DNA of 64,000 bases. Origin: Octopus bimaculoides. Taxonomy: Eukaryota. The translations under genes were made by a program, and so were the position numbers. Shown here in pieces: positions 61,886 through 64,000 of the stretch (position 1 is the stretch's first letter; each line of letters starts with the position of its first letter). The notes below the pieces were generated by a model, which had not been told where the DNA came from, ran no database searches, and saw only the letters and a list, made by a program, of their open reading frames with translations. The stretch is from contig NC_068982.1 in assembly GCF_001194135.2 (NCBI RefSeq), positions 189,064,047-189,128,046 of the forward strand, in the 5' to 3' direction.

Positions 61886-63807
61886 TATACGATGGACTCA
61901 TCTGTCGAAGACGATGGATAAATGTTCAGCTTTTTGCTGAAAAACCTGCACAAGTGATCAAAAGCACGTGCCACCACATCAGCTCACTCTCTCTCCATCA
62001 AATCGATGTTGCCTGAACAGGTGCATCAGGTGTGCCACGCATCAGGTGTCACAGTGATCACAGAGCAATGTGAAATGAAGAGTTTTACTCAAGAACACAA
62101 TGCACTGCTCAGTCTAGGAATTGAAACCACAATCTTGCAATTGTGAGTGCAACATCTTTACCTTTAGGCTATGCGTTGTTGCATATATTCTTTTACTTGT
62201 ATCAGTCATTTCTCTGTGGCCATGCTGGAGCACCACCTTTTAGTCAAAGAAATCAACCCCAGGACTTCTTCTTTGTAAGCTTAGTACTTATTCTATCAGT
62301 CGCTTTTGTCGAACCGCTAAGTTACGGGGATGTAAACATGGTGGGGGCACAAACACAGACATATACACCAACACATACATATATATGTATAATATATATA
62401 TACATGTGTGTGCAATGGGCTTCTTTCAGTTTCTGTCTACCAAATCCACTCACAAGGCTTTGGTCGGCCTGAGGCTTTTGTCAAACCTGAAAAACAGAAA
62501 ATTCGCATGCACGCATGTGTCAGAGTTTGTGCATATCCTTATCTTGACATCATGTAATGGCTATAAGCAAGCATCACCATCGTACAAGCAATGTTATCCA
62601 TCCCAGTCTTCTGTGGAAACTATGTCTAGCTATTGGGATATAATAGGTTTCTTGGAAGCAGGTGAGGTTTAGAGACAGAAAGAGCATCCGATCATGGAAA
62701 TTCTGCCTCAACAAAGACCCATACAAGCAAGGAAAAATTGATGATAAAAAGTTGATAAAAAAAAAAAAGAAATTCCTTTCTTCTTTTGGGCTTTTCAATA
62801 AAAAATATTTAAAGAAATTTAATGAAAATACTTAACAAAATTTATAAAGAACCATAAAAATTCAGTCATATTACATTTATATATTCAGAACATTTAATGT
62901 GAAATATGTTTGGTGAATATTAATTAATATTACATCAATGTTTGGCTGGAAATTAGTTTTTAATTTTAAATTACTCACATTCTTCCAGATTCAATTTGCT
63001 AATTAATAATTTAACACCTTTAACCATTAACTGCCAAATTTTTTGGCTTTGCCAGGTGTCTTAGGAGTTCAAATAATATAGAGAATTAAAATTTTCTTTA
63101 TATGTTAATTATTTTGGAAAATATGGTAAATTTTTGAAAAGTCTCAAATGGGGATCGCTGAAAACAAAGGCATATTTATCCTTTTCTATTCAACTACAAT
63201 AATAAACATATTAGTTTTTATGAAACTATAGAATCGAATGTGAAAGTGTATGAAATATCAATGAATGATATTTTGATGGGAAATGCCAAAACAAAAAAAA
63301 AACAAAAAAAAGGTTTTCAAAACAGTCAATATTTTTGTGGTTCAAAAATTGTGATTTATTACACAAAATGTCCTCTAGAATTGGCCAGATTTAATAATGA
63401 CAAACTTTAACAACTAAATATTGTTAAACACACCTCTGCAAATGCAGAGTACATAAGCAATTCACTTTAAATATAACAAAACCTGGCAGTGAGACTGTTT
63501 TTAGCAGATCCCTAAATGGGGCTCATGGCAGGCAATGGGTCAAGGCTCAAGATCGTTTGTTTATTAATCGCTTGGATAACCACATAGAATCCCATGGGGT
63601 CAGTATTCAGCCCTGATTTATTCAGTGATTCTCAGGTCTATGGACTCCTTTGACCCCTATTTTACTCAACTGGACCCTCATAACCATTCAGTGTTCAATA
63701 AAATCCTATTATATTTTTATGATTAAATATTATTTGGAATTGTATAAAAAAATTGTTAAAATATTTTGTGTAATTGTAACCAATTTATTGCAGATAAACC
63801 ATAGCTG

Positions 63808-64000
63808 TGGCCAGTGCCCTCTGACTGGCTCCCATGCTGGTAGCATGTAAAAAGCACCATCTGAACGTGGCTGATGCCAGTACCCCGTAACTGGCCCCTG
63901 TGCTGGTGGCGCGTAAAAAGCACTATCCAAATGTGATCGATGCTAGGCCCGCCTGACTAGCACCTGTGCCGGTGGCATATAAAAAGCAACCATTGGCATC
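63808..64000 (+). mobile_element. RTE-derived 3' UTR repeat array (runs off the window)
   Basis: Three units containing GTAAAAAGCAC. Confidence 0.75.

Overview
Eukaryotic, AT-rich, repeat-saturated draft-assembly DNA with 17 N gaps (about 5 kb in total, mostly flanked by microsatellites). The repeat complement looks like a coleoid cephalopod (Octopus-type) genome; this is recognition from memory, not a database result. Only one host gene is recognisable: an intact, intronless PAM16 (Tim16/Magmas) ORF at 59804-60184 (-). The rest consists of several tRNA-headed SINE families, RTE LINE fragments with a tandem hairpin-repeat 3' UTR and (ATG)n tail, a CR1/L2-like RT relic, an R4/Dong-like LINE relic, DD37D Tc1/mariner relics, a Helentron/Helitron2-type insertion, hAT- and piggyBac-type MITEs and dense microsatellites. 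Most ORFs in the supplied track are microsatellite or gap artefacts. The best novelty lead is a tRNA-headed SINE carrying a minimal type I hammerhead-ribozyme fold (three copies), plus other hammerhead-like cores in permuted or decayed form. Further leads are a pri-miRNA-like hairpin, a structurally conserved hairpin array in the RTE 3' UTR, and a perfect ISRE-like palindrome upstream of PAM16. Repeat boundaries were read by eye and are approximate unless TIR/TSD evidence is quoted.
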